From an uncultured delta proteobacterium (lineage in GTDB: Bacteria > Desulfobacterota > Binatia > Binatales > Binataceae), in NCBI GenBank assembly GCA_963773975.1, contig CAVZDJ010000011.1, positions 114,548 through 178,547 of the forward strand: a stretch of 64,000 nt of DNA, in the 5' to 3' direction. A program made the position numbers and the translations under genes. Shown here in pieces: positions 18,672-27,698 of the stretch (positions are counted from its first letter, which is position 1; the number at the start of each line of letters is the position of its first letter). The notes under the pieces are model-generated. The model worked only from the letters and a program-made list of their open reading frames with translations. It was not told the origin of the DNA and made no database searches.

Positions 18672-19601
18672 ATGACCTACATGATCGCCCTCACTGTCTT
18701 TTTCCTCGGAATGACTACTGTCGCGGCGCTGTATTTTGGCCTTACCCGGGAAGCGCCGCGAAATACCTGGCAAAGCACGCGCGGCGTATCGCCATACCGC
18801 GCCGCCAACACGCTGGACCGGTCATCGCTACAGTGGAAAGGCATCGCCGGGCGGCTGCTCGCGTGGTGGGTCGATAAAACCAACGCTGCCGATCAGGACT
18901 CGCCCGAGGTCCGACAAACCCACACCGCGCTGACCCGGGCTGGCTTCAATCAGGTCGAGCAGTTGGCCGTATACCGCGCAGCACGGGTCGCCTCATTCGT
19001 CCTGATGATTGCGCTAGGCCTGGGGATCGCGCACTTCCACCCGCGATGGCGGATTCCGGCACTGCTGGGCGGTGCGGTGATCGGCGCTCTGCTGCCCGGC
19101 AATATCGTCAAGCGCCTGGGGCGTAAACGTCAAATGACTATCCTGCACGAACTGCCCGCCATCCTTGACCTGCTGGTGGTCACGTTGGAAGCCGGACAGG
19201 GGTTGCTCGAAGCAATCAAACTCGTCGGGCGCGAGACCGCGCGCCAGGGCCGCGTGCTGGGCAAGGAGTTTACCACCGCGGCGGCCGAGATGAGCGCGGG
19301 TGTTTCGCTCGAGGACAGCATGCGCAATCTGAGCGAACGGACCGGCGTGGACGACCTCAAGGCCATCGGCGCCGTCTTCATCCAGAGCAAGGAGATGGGC
19401 GGGCGTCTGGGGCCTTCATTGCGTGCGGCCGCCGAACTGCTCAGCGCCAAGCGGCGCCTGATGGCTGAGGAAGCGGCACAAAAAAGCTCGGTCAAAATGC
19501 TGCTGCCGCTGGTGCTGCTGATTCTGCCCGCCATGATGATCATAATTCTCGGTCCGGCGGTTATCCAAATCTTCCAAATGCTCATGGGCGCGAGCTTTTA
19601 G
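18672..19601 (+). CDS. tadC: TadC inner-membrane platform protein
   Basis: T2SSF-like 'LPAILDLLVVTLEAGQGLLEAI' and terminal TM segments. Starts 2 nt after the tadB stop. Confidence 0.8.
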   Translation: MTYMIALTVFFLGMTTVAALYFGLTREAPRNTWQSTRGVSPYRAANTLDRSSLQWKGIAGRLLAWWVDKTNAADQDSPEVRQTHTALTRAGFNQVEQLAVYRAARVASFVLMIALGLGIAHFHPRWRIPALLGGAVIGALLPGNIVKRLGRKRQMTILHELPAILDLLVVTLEAGQGLLEAIKLVGRETARQGRVLGKEFTTAAAEMSAGVSLEDSMRNLSERTGVDDLKAIGAVFIQSKEMGGRLGPSLRAAAELLSAKRRLMAEEAAQKSSVKMLLPLVLLILPAMMIIILGPAVIQIFQMLMGASF

Positions 19602-19846
19602 TCCGCCTCAGCTGATTCCCGCTCGTGGTCCAAGGGAGCTTTGCGTAACCGGCATCGGTCCTTCGAGTCCGCTCTCCTTGTCCGCGGCGCAAGAGGTTAG
19701 TCTGTTCCCCTTGTGCCGCAGCCATTTCAAGCTAGTTCAGGAGCTGGCCCAAAACTTCGACATCACGGCGTGGACATGATGAATATCACGATTGATTCGC
19801 ACCGATGAGTATCCCGGTTGATTGACGCAACACCATCTCTGCGCCG

Positions 19847-20865
19847 TCAGCCACGGACGCGACCGAGCCTTTTGAGCCGTTCGGTGATTGACGCGGAGGC
19901 GGCTTCGAGGCCGCGTTGCGTATCGACGACGAGGTGGGAAAACGGCGGGATCTCGTTCAGCGCGACGAACTCGCCGCGCTGGCGCAGATAGGTCGCCACA
20001 CCGGCCTCGGAGATTTCGTCGGCTCGGCGCGCGCGAGCGGTAAGGCGACGCACGATCGCGTCGTGGCTCGCGGCACATTCGACCAACAGGGCCGGCACGT
20101 GCGCGCGCTCGGCGAGCGCGAGTGCCTCGGCCCGATAGGCGGGCGCGGCGAAGGTGGCGTCGACTATCACGCCGGCGCCGGCGTGCAGCCGGATCGCGGC
20201 CGAGCAGCGCGGCATAAGTCTTCTCGGTGAACTCGCGGCTGTAAGCGCCGGCCGCGTAGCTCTCGGAGAGGCGCGCGGCTGGCGCAACCCCGGCCAGGCG
20301 CTTACGGATTTCGTCGGAGCGCAGCCATTCGAATCCGAGCCGATCCGCGAGGCGGCGCGCCACGGTCGATTTGCCGCTGCCCGCAGAACACGATCATCGA
20401 GGGCCGAGAGTCACGCACGAAATCGAGCGCCAGCGCGATGTAGCGGCGCGCGGCGGCCCGCCGCTCGCGCGCGACTGCGGCGTCGCGCCTGGTGAGGCCT
20501 TCCACTTTTGCGCGCACCTAGTCGCCCGCCAGGAAGACGTACGAGACGTGGGTCTGGCGCATTTCGACCGAGCGCGGATGGTTCGGATACATCTCCGGAC
20601 GCGTCATCGCCTCGACGATCGCCGGCAAATTGCACCTCGGAGCGGCGGATTGCGACCTTCCCGTCTTCATGGATTCCATTTTAGGCCCGCCCGGCGCCAC
20701 GCTCAATTCGCTTCGAGAAAGGTACGCAGAATTTGCTGGTAGACCGCCGCGTAAATTGCCTTCGACGATGCCGCGAAACGGTGCCGATGGATACACATAG
20801 CGGCGCATGGAGACCAATTTAGCGGCGAAGGTTGCGGGACATTCGTTTGGTTCCATGAAGAACAA
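19847..20865 (-). pseudogene. decayed bifunctional phosphotransferase/AAA-ATPase (AAA_33-type kinase) gene
   Basis: The N-terminal 'MRQTHVSYVFLAGD' block is cut by TAG at 20518-20520. Reading resumes at 'VRAKVEGL...IVFCG'. The Walker A survives only out of frame ('SGKSTVARRLADRLGFEWL'). A further frame change precedes 'AAIRLHAGAGVIVDATF...'. Confidence 0.6.
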
Positions 20866-20987
20866 TTGGTACGCTCCTACTCATTGCCATCTCGCGGGCC
20901 GCTCGAACGTTTGAGGATCGGGCACCCTGGTTGCTCTATCCGGCCGTGTGCTGCTCCCGCTACGGCCGCGTCACAGGAGGGGGGAAC

Positions 20988-22523
20988 ATGGCTTCTTTAA
21001 AAGCTGGAGGCGGATGGCTAGCGACTGTCGCTGTGACGGTGATCGTGCTCGCGATCGCCATGGTGATGGCCGTGCCCCGGGCGTGGGCGGATGACTCGGA
21101 GGCGCAGGCGCTTAAGCAGGTCCAGCGCGAGTTGCGCCAACTGCGCGCCGATCGCGTGCGCGACCGCAAGCTAATCGAAAAGCTCGAACAAAAGCTCGAC
21201 CAGGTCGAGTCGCAGGACAGCCAGGTCCGCGCCACCAATCAGCAACTCCAAACCACCACCCAGCAGCTCCAGAGCAGCAATCAACAGTTGCAAGCGAAAA
21301 CCGACGAAGAGCTGAAACAGATCCAGGCCCAGGTGGCGGCGGGTCCGACAGAGTCGCAAATCGCCAGATGGCTCGGCGGCTACTGGGGTTCGACCCAATT
21401 CACTCTCACCGGCGGCGCGGCTGCCGATTTCATCTATGATCGCAAGGCCGGCCAGAATACCTACGCGGTCAACTTCAGCCCGCTCATCCTCTACCGCCTC
21501 AATGACTGGCTGGCGTTTGAAGGCACCTTTACCGCCGCATTCAGCCCGGGCAGTTCGGGCGCTTCGTTCAGCTCGGCGGTCGACACAGCGCAGATCTTTC
21601 TGAATGACTATATGGAGTTGGTGGTGGGCGCCTTCGACCAGCCCTTTGGCGACTGGCTCGAAACCCAGGGACCGTTCTGGATAAACCGCTTCATCACCGC
21701 GCCTTTGCCCTTCGGGGTCGAGTCGCTGGTGCCGCCGAGCGATATCGGGATGCAGTTGCGCGGCGCGTATCAGTGGGGCCAGGTCGGGCAGGACGCCGAT
21801 TACACACTCTGGGTATCCAACGGACCGAGCTATGATTCCTCTTTGCCGCAGCCGGTCATCGGACAGACGATCAACGGCTTCACCAACACCACCATCACCA
21901 CTAACGGTAAGGCATACGGCGGGAGGTTCCGCGTCTATCCATTCCCGCTCGACAGCAATCTCGGCCGGCTCGAGCTCGGCGCCTCGACCTATAATGGGAA
22001 GTGGCAAAACGGTCTGTGGCTCAATGCCTGGGACGTCGACTTCGCTTATTTTTTGGGTAATCTCCAGACACGAGGCGAGTGGATGTCCGCCTATCGGCAG
22101 ATGCCGGCTGGATCCGGTCCCGACAATCGTCAGGGATGGTATTTCCAGGCCGGGTACTTTCTCAATGGACTGCATATTCCCGGCCTTGGCGAATTCGACC
22201 AATATCTCGCCAAGGTCGAGCCGCTAGTGCGTTACTCCGGAGTAAATCAGCGCGCGGTTGTCGCCGAAGAGATTTCCGCCACGCCGACTCTCGGCTTCAA
22301 CGGCTCGCCCTCGATTTTTGTCCCGCATGCACGCGAGGTCGCTCTCGGCCTTGATTACTGGATCGCGCCGGCGATCGTATGGCAGACCGAGGTCGATTTC
22401 GAAGTGCCGCATGCTGGCGGCACCCTCTATTCCTTCAACGGCGCCAACACGCCGACCGCAAGCAGTGTCGGCGCGACGCCCAACGACCGCGCGATCCTAA
22501 CCCAATTCGCGGTCGGTTTCTAA
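20988..22523 (+). CDS. outer-membrane porin-like protein (OprO/P-like) with N-terminal coiled coil
   Basis: Signal peptide 'VLAIAMVMAVPRAWA'. Gln-rich heptads ('QQLQTTTQQLQSSNQQLQ'). Long beta-rich region ending in aromatic 'QFAVGF'. AGGAGG lies before the ATG. Confidence 0.55.
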   Translation: MASLKAGGGWLATVAVTVIVLAIAMVMAVPRAWADDSEAQALKQVQRELRQLRADRVRDRKLIEKLEQKLDQVESQDSQVRATNQQLQTTTQQLQSSNQQLQAKTDEELKQIQAQVAAGPTESQIARWLGGYWGSTQFTLTGGAAADFIYDRKAGQNTYAVNFSPLILYRLNDWLAFEGTFTAAFSPGSSGASFSSAVDTAQIFLNDYMELVVGAFDQPFGDWLETQGPFWINRFITAPLPFGVESLVPPSDIGMQLRGAYQWGQVGQDADYTLWVSNGPSYDSSLPQPVIGQTINGFTNTTITTNGKAYGGRFRVYPFPLDSNLGRLELGASTYNGKWQNGLWLNAWDVDFAYFLGNLQTRGEWMSAYRQMPAGSGPDNRQGWYFQAGYFLNGLHIPGLGEFDQYLAKVEPLVRYSGVNQRAVVAEEISATPTLGFNGSPSIFVPHAREVALGLDYWIAPAIVWQTEVDFEVPHAGGTLYSFNGANTPTASSVGATPNDRAILTQFAVGF

Positions 22524-22546
22524 GGACCGAAGGAGGCGGTGCGACC

Positions 22547-22834
22547 ATGATGACAGCAAGCAAAAGCATGGTAATTCGACTATTCGCGATCGTGCTGCTG
22601 GCGCTAAGCGCCACAACGGCGTTGGCGGCGGAAAGCGAACAGCAGCAGCGCGAAATGTTCAAGCTGGGCGCGAAACTATGGCCGGTCTATTGTGCGCAGT
22701 GCCACAATGCACGTCCTGGCTCGGAGTTCTCGCCAGCCCAATGGAACGTGATCATGATGCATATGCGGACCCAAGCGAACCTCCCGGCCAACGATGCGCG
22801 GGCGATGACCGAGTACCTCAAGCACTCGCACTAA
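22547..22834 (+). CDS. small monoheme c-type cytochrome
   Basis: Signal peptide, a single 'CAQCH' heme motif, and Met-rich 'VIMMHM'. AAGGAGG lies upstream. Confidence 0.6.
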   Translation: MMTASKSMVIRLFAIVLLALSATTALAAESEQQQREMFKLGAKLWPVYCAQCHNARPGSEFSPAQWNVIMMHMRTQANLPANDARAMTEYLKHSH

Positions 22835-22880
22835 TTGATATAGGCTCCTCCACTCCGCAACTGCGACGAAAGGAAAAACG

Positions 22881-23240
22881 ATGCGGCGAACGAAGCTCCT
22901 GATGACCTTGCTGGGTGTTGCGGCAATTCTCGCGTTCAGCAGAATGCCGGCGCGCGCCGACAGCGCCCAGGACAACTACACCGCCTACTGCGCGAAGTGC
23001 CACGGAGCCACCGGACGTGGCGACGGCCCGTCCGCGGGGTCACTCGCGACCAAGCCGCAGGACTACACGGACTGTGCCGCGATGCAGAAGATCTCGGACG
23101 ATACGATGTTCAAGGTGATCAAGGGGGGCGGCGCCTCGGTCGGCCTGCCGGGTGACATGCCAAGCTGGAGCGACGGACTGTCCGACCCCGAGATCCACGA
23201 CCTGGTGGCCTTCCTTCGCACCTTCTGCAAGAAGAAGTAG
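22881..23240 (+). CDS. class I c-type cytochrome
   Basis: Signal peptide, 'CAKCHG' heme motif, and distal 'GDMPSW' Met ligand region. Confidence 0.8.
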   Translation: MRRTKLLMTLLGVAAILAFSRMPARADSAQDNYTAYCAKCHGATGRGDGPSAGSLATKPQDYTDCAAMQKISDDTMFKVIKGGGASVGLPGDMPSWSDGLSDPEIHDLVAFLRTFCKKK

Positions 23241-23436
23241 TCACCGACCCGCCGCCACGATCCGGGGCGTTGCGCGCGGGCAATGTTTTTGCACGCATCT
23301 TACTATTGACGAGCAGCGTCCAGGGACGATACGGGGGCGGGTTTCCGTTTTATCCGCGCATTGCGAAGAGACATTACCATCCTGGATACATATTCAATAT
23401 TCGATTCAGAGTATCGCAATAGTCACTCCGAAAATT

Positions 23437-23880
23437 TTATCTATTGCGTTTGCGGGTCTGGGCAGCCTTTTTCGCCGCCGCCGAGCGATTTTTCCGACCG
23501 CGGCTCGCCGCCGCTTGATGCGCCTGTCGCGAGAGCGCCCGCGGCGAGGCGGAATTCCGCGGCTCACGCTCGAGCGCCTCGGTCACGGCTCGTGACCGCT
23601 TGCTCGAAGGCTTATGCGGCTTCGGCCCGGCCTTGGAATCCTGTCGGGCTTTTCGGCGAGTTTGCTGAGAGGTCGAAGCTCCCGGCGACGGCAGCTTGAC
23701 CCCGGCGCGCCGGGCCTTGGATAATCCAATCGCTATCGCCTGCTTGGTCGATCTCGCACCATGCTTACCCTCTCGCACGTGTTCGATTTCTTCCCGTACG
23801 AATTCGCCCGCCTGGGTAGAAGGCGATTTACCCTCGGCGGCGTCTTCGCGTGCTCTTTCGAGAGTCTCCTGTTCCGGCAT
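23437..23880 (-). CDS. conserved basic hypothetical protein
   Basis: 'GKSPSTQAGEFVREEIEHVREGKHGARSTKQAIAIGLSKARRAGVKLP' is a block I recognise from small conserved bacterial proteins of unknown function, followed by a Lys/Arg-rich tail. Confidence 0.5.
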   Translation of the reverse strand: MPEQETLERAREDAAEGKSPSTQAGEFVREEIEHVREGKHGARSTKQAIAIGLSKARRAGVKLPSPGASTSQQTRRKARQDSKAGPKPHKPSSKRSRAVTEALEREPRNSASPRALSRQAHQAAASRGRKNRSAAAKKAAQTRKRNR

Positions 23881-24342
23881 CGCTGATCTCCTACTGAGTA
23901 TAATTCGCTTGGCCCTGCCCTGCCGGAGAATGCTCCTGGCTGGTCTCCTATCGAGACCGAGCAGGCCCCGCCATATTCGAGCAAAAGGGGTGCCGACAAA
24001 AACGCTCGCGATGAGAAGTTGCTGCTTCCGCGGACATCCAGGAGATCATGACAGGAGATCCTGAGTGAAGGGGCAGGTGGAAAAGGCGTTTGACTCTTTC
24101 GACCCGTCGAGTCAGAAGGATTGCCCGTAGCAAAATTTCAAACGGTTGCAGATTTTCAGAATCTTCCCTTTCCTCGAGCCGTACTTTTTTGCAATCTTCA
24201 GATGGCTCGAAAACCGATGAACCTGGCTTCGACCAACCGCGCGCGCTTGAGCACCGTCGGCGCTTCGGATAGCTTCTGCCGGACGGCTTGCGCCGATTTT
24301 TGCCAAACCCTGCGGCGGGCCGCTTCGAGGGAGGAAATTTTG

Positions 24343-24861
24343 ATGAGCGCTATCAAGCATCTCGCCGCCGGCGCGGCACTCGCGATCGTCTGCACGCTCG
24401 GCCTGGTTCATCCCGCGGCGGCGCAAACCAGCTCGAGCGCGGGCAAAACGCAGCGCCAGCTGGATATCGCGGCCGCGCGCGCGGATCGCAAGGCGATCGT
24501 CGGCGCGAACATGAATCTGACCGCAGCGCAGGCCAAGGCCTTCTGGCCGCTCTACGACGCTTACGAAGCCCGGATGGATAAGCTCGATGATCGCCATGCC
24601 GCCGAGGTCAAGGCCTACGCCGAGCATTACCAGACGCTCACCGACGCCGACGCGACCAACAAGCTCGACGAGGTGATCGCAATCAAACAGGCGCGGCTCG
24701 ACGTGCAAAAAGAGTTCGTGCCCAAGTTCCGCGCCGCGGTCTCCTCGATCAACACCACGCGCTTTTACCAGATCGACAATAAACTGAGCGCGATGATCCA
24801 ATGCGATATCGCGCAGATCGTTCCGCTCGCGCGTCCAGGATCCAAGACCGCGAGCGAATAG
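24343..24861 (+). CDS. secreted helical hypothetical protein
   Basis: Signal peptide 'AAGAALAIVCTLGLVHPAAA'. GGGAGG lies before ATG 24343. Coding-like GC3. Confidence 0.5.
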   Translation: MSAIKHLAAGAALAIVCTLGLVHPAAAQTSSSAGKTQRQLDIAAARADRKAIVGANMNLTAAQAKAFWPLYDAYEARMDKLDDRHAAEVKAYAEHYQTLTDADATNKLDEVIAIKQARLDVQKEFVPKFRAAVSSINTTRFYQIDNKLSAMIQCDIAQIVPLARPGSKTASE

Positions 24862-25006
24862 CGCCGCCGTCCAGGCGCTGCGTTCAACCTGATCGCCGAA
24901 AGCGAATCCGTGCGCAGCCGCGTGCGGATCCGCTTCCTTTGGCTCGCCGCCGCCGGCGATGCTATATCAGAGTCTGAAGTCCTTACCTTGTACGGAGGGA
25001 ACCCAG

Positions 25007-26740
25007 ATGGCTGATTTCGATCTCCATATCAAAGATGGAACGGTGGTCGACGGCACCCGCGTGCCGCGCTATCGCGCCGACCTCTGGATTCGCGAGGGCA
25101 GGATCGCGCAAATCGGCGGCCGCGCGCCAGGCCTCGCCCGCCGCGTGATCGAGGCCGACGGCGCGATCGTCGCCCCCGGCTTCATCGATCTCCATACTCA
25201 TTACGACGCGCAGATCCGCTGGGACCCTTACTGCACCATCTCCGGATGGCACGGCGTGACCTCGGTGGTGTTGGGGAACTGCGGCTTCGGCTTCGCGCCC
25301 GTGCGGCCCGAGTTCCGCGAGCGCTCGATGCTGACGATGACGCGGACCGAGGCGATTCCTTACGACGCGATGAAGAATGGGATGCCGTGGGACTGGGAAA
25401 CCGTCCCGCAGTACCTCGACTCGCTCGACCGCGCACCCAAGGGCGTCAACTGCATCCAGTACATGCCCACCGCCTCGCTGATGACCTACGTGATGGGACT
25501 CGAGGCGGCGAAGAGCCGCCCGGCCACCGCCGAGGAGCGCGCGGCGATGCGCCGGCTGCTCGCGGAGGGGATGGACGCGGGGCTCAGTGGATTTTCGATC
25601 CAGCGGCTCGGCCCCGATTCCACCCAGGCCGACTTCGACGGCTCGCCGATGGTCACCGACACGATGTGCGACGAGGACATCCTCAATCTCGCCGCGGTGC
25701 TGCGCGAGCGCGACGAAGGTTTCATCCAAATCACCCAGGCCACCGGCCATATCAAGGACGACCTCGCTTTCCTCGAACGGCTGGCGGCGACGGCGCGCCG
25801 CCCGGTGCTGCATAACGTGATCGTGCCGACGCGCAAGGACCCGGAAGTGCATCGGCGAAGCCTCCGCTGGCTCGAGCGCTGCCGCGCCAAGGGCCTGCCG
25901 ATCTTCGGCCAGACCGGCACCGTGCGCTCCGGCTTCGCGTTTACGCTCGAGCACTGGAATCTTTACGACGCGAGCCCCGCGTGGCGCGCGATCACCACCG
26001 GCACCCGCGAGCAGAAGCTCGCCAGGATGAAAGACCCGGCGCTCCGCGAAGCGGTCAAGCGCGAGACCGACGCGGCGGATCGCAAACTGCGCGCGATCCA
26101 GGCGGGCGTCGGCGGCGCGGTGCATACGCTCATCGTGCAATGGGTCAACGACCGCCCGGAACTGGAAAAGTACGTCGGCAAGTCGCTCGGCCAGATTGGC
26201 GCCGAGGAAAATCGCCATCCGATCGACGTGATGCTCGATCTCTCGATCGCCGGCGATCTCAAGGTCGAATTCCTCGGCCCCAACAAAGGCTTCAACGCCG
26301 AGTTCATGGCCGAGATGACCAATGATTCGCCCTACACCATCCCGGGCGTCTCCGACGGCGGCGCGCATACCAAGTTTTTCTGTGGCGGCGCTTTCACCAC
26401 CGATTTCCTGTCGTGGCTGGTGCGCGATGAACAGAAGGTCACGCTGGAGGAAGCGCACTATCGGCTGTCCGCGCTGCCCGCGCACGCCGCGGGCTTCCGC
26501 GGCCGCGGCGTGTTGCGCGAGGGCGCGGCGGCGGACGTGGTCGTCTACGACCTTAAAGAACTGGCGATCGAGCCGGAATGGGTGGGCGAGATCGCGCACG
26601 ATTTTCCGGGCGGCGAATGGCGCCGCGTGCAGCGCGCGCGCGGCTACCGCGCGATAGTCGTCAACGGCGAGATGACTTTCGCCGAGGGCCGCTCCACGGG
26701 CGCGACGCCGGGGCGATTGCTGCGCGGCGGCCGCGGTTGA
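25007..26740 (+). CDS. N-acyl-D-amino-acid deacylase (D-aminoacylase) family amidohydrolase
   Basis: 'FIDLHTHYDAQ', 'GVTSVVLGNCG' and 'VSDGGAH' are typical of the D-aminoacylase family. GGAGGGA lies before ATG 25007. Confidence 0.8.
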   Translation: MADFDLHIKDGTVVDGTRVPRYRADLWIREGRIAQIGGRAPGLARRVIEADGAIVAPGFIDLHTHYDAQIRWDPYCTISGWHGVTSVVLGNCGFGFAPVRPEFRERSMLTMTRTEAIPYDAMKNGMPWDWETVPQYLDSLDRAPKGVNCIQYMPTASLMTYVMGLEAAKSRPATAEERAAMRRLLAEGMDAGLSGFSIQRLGPDSTQADFDGSPMVTDTMCDEDILNLAAVLRERDEGFIQITQATGHIKDDLAFLERLAATARRPVLHNVIVPTRKDPEVHRRSLRWLERCRAKGLPIFGQTGTVRSGFAFTLEHWNLYDASPAWRAITTGTREQKLARMKDPALREAVKRETDAADRKLRAIQAGVGGAVHTLIVQWVNDRPELEKYVGKSLGQIGAEENRHPIDVMLDLSIAGDLKVEFLGPNKGFNAEFMAEMTNDSPYTIPGVSDGGAHTKFFCGGAFTTDFLSWLVRDEQKVTLEEAHYRLSALPAHAAGFRGRGVLREGAAADVVVYDLKELAIEPEWVGEIAHDFPGGEWRRVQRARGYRAIVVNGEMTFAEGRSTGATPGRLLRGGRG

Positions 26741-26749
26741 TTTAGACGC

Positions 26750-26817
26750 GCCGGAGATCCAAGCTCCAGCAGAATCTCACCGGGATGAATCGGCGGCAGC
26801 TTCTTGGACCGGCCCAT
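26750..26817 (-). pseudogene. HigA-type antitoxin remnant (N-terminal ~20 codons only)
   Basis: 'KKLPPIHPGEILLE' is the HigA N-terminal signature. The HTH domain is missing and the reading runs into the 3' end of the D-aminoacylase gene. Confidence 0.4.
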
Positions 26818-26831
26818 CGCTATGGCTCCCT

Positions 26832-27012
26832 TCAATGATAGTCGACGATCTCGACATCGTAAGCGTCACGCTTGCGCCACGCAAAGCAGACTCGCCATTG
26901 ATCGTTTATCCGGATGCTCACGGCGCAAAACAGCGCGAGCCGCGCGTTCGCGCGGCTCGCGCTGTTTCCTTTCGAATACGCAGACGCCGCGCGGCGTCCA
27001 ACGCTCGCAAAT
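26832..27012 (-). pseudogene. HigB (RelE-fold) toxin remnant, C-terminal half
   Basis: 'SIRINDQWRVCFAWRKRDAYDVEIVDYH*' is the canonical HigB C-terminus. The N-terminal half is absent; the space is occupied by the mauA 3' end. Confidence 0.5.
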
Positions 27013-27018
27013 TTCAGC

Positions 27019-27546
27019 TCAAGTTTTGGCGCCCAAGCGGATCGCTGTGGTGCAGTGATAGGCGAAATTCTTCGCCCCGAAGCACCAGATGATGTCGTTA
27101 TCCAACTGCGGCCGGTAAATCGGCACCTGCCCCTTGTTGTTGTCGCAGAAGCAGCGGTTGCAGACGTCCTTACCGCAGCAGTCGCGGTACGCGATGATGT
27201 ATTCCTTCCCATCGGTCGGATGCTGGCACGTCCCCACCCACGAGGTCGGCGACGCCACCGTTCCCGGCGGGCACGAGGTCAGCGCGCCGCCGCAGCAACT
27301 GCACAGGTAGCCGTCGAAACCGCAGTAGCGCCAATAATCGCAACTCGTGAGATCGCCGCCCTCGGCCTCCGCCGCGGCCCCGCTCGCATCGCTCATCTGC
27401 GCCTCGGCCTGCTCGACCACGCGGTTGATCGGGAGCAGCGGAATCATCATTCCGCCCACGAGCGCCTTGCCAAGGTAGCCCAGAAAGCCGCGCCGCGAGG
27501 TCCGCTGCGCCACCGTGCGTGAAAGACGTTCCACCAGTCGGTCCAT
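27019..27546 (-). CDS. mauA: TTQ-dependent amine dehydrogenase light (small) subunit, MauA-like
   Basis: Tat leader 'SRRGFLGYLG'. 'CDYWRYCGFDGYLCSCCGG..TSCPPGT...TSWVGTC..PTDG..YIIAYRDCCG...VPIYRP...NDIIWCFGA...YHCT' is colinear with Paracoccus MauA, including both TTQ tryptophans. Confidence 0.85.
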   Translation of the reverse strand: MDRLVERLSRTVAQRTSRRGFLGYLGKALVGGMMIPLLPINRVVEQAEAQMSDASGAAAEAEGGDLTSCDYWRYCGFDGYLCSCCGGALTSCPPGTVASPTSWVGTCQHPTDGKEYIIAYRDCCGKDVCNRCFCDNNKGQVPIYRPQLDNDIIWCFGAKNFAYHCTTAIRLGAKT

Positions 27547-27698
27547 TCGAAGTCTCCTGTTTTGCGGGGCGCGCCCGCAGTCCTCGAAGCCGGTTCCCGG
27601 CGCGCCATCCTATCCCTGCCAATAGCATCGCCGGTCCCGCGACGCCAGTTGCTCGACGCGCGGCCGCACAGGCCGCACGCTCAACGCCGTTACGGCCA

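Noticed and set aside
20328-20336. 'TTCGAATCC' T-loop-like string as a tRNA clue
   Set aside because: The flanks do not form T-stem or acceptor-stem pairings, and the string lies inside the kinase pseudogene reading frame. No other tRNA-like cloverleaf was recognised by eye; a tRNAscan run would be needed to be sure.
20988-23240. Porin plus cytochromes as a porin-cytochrome extracellular electron conduit
   Set aside because: Known conduits use multiheme cytochromes. Both proteins here have a single CxxCH, so that model is unsupported. The observation is kept only as a low-interest linkage.
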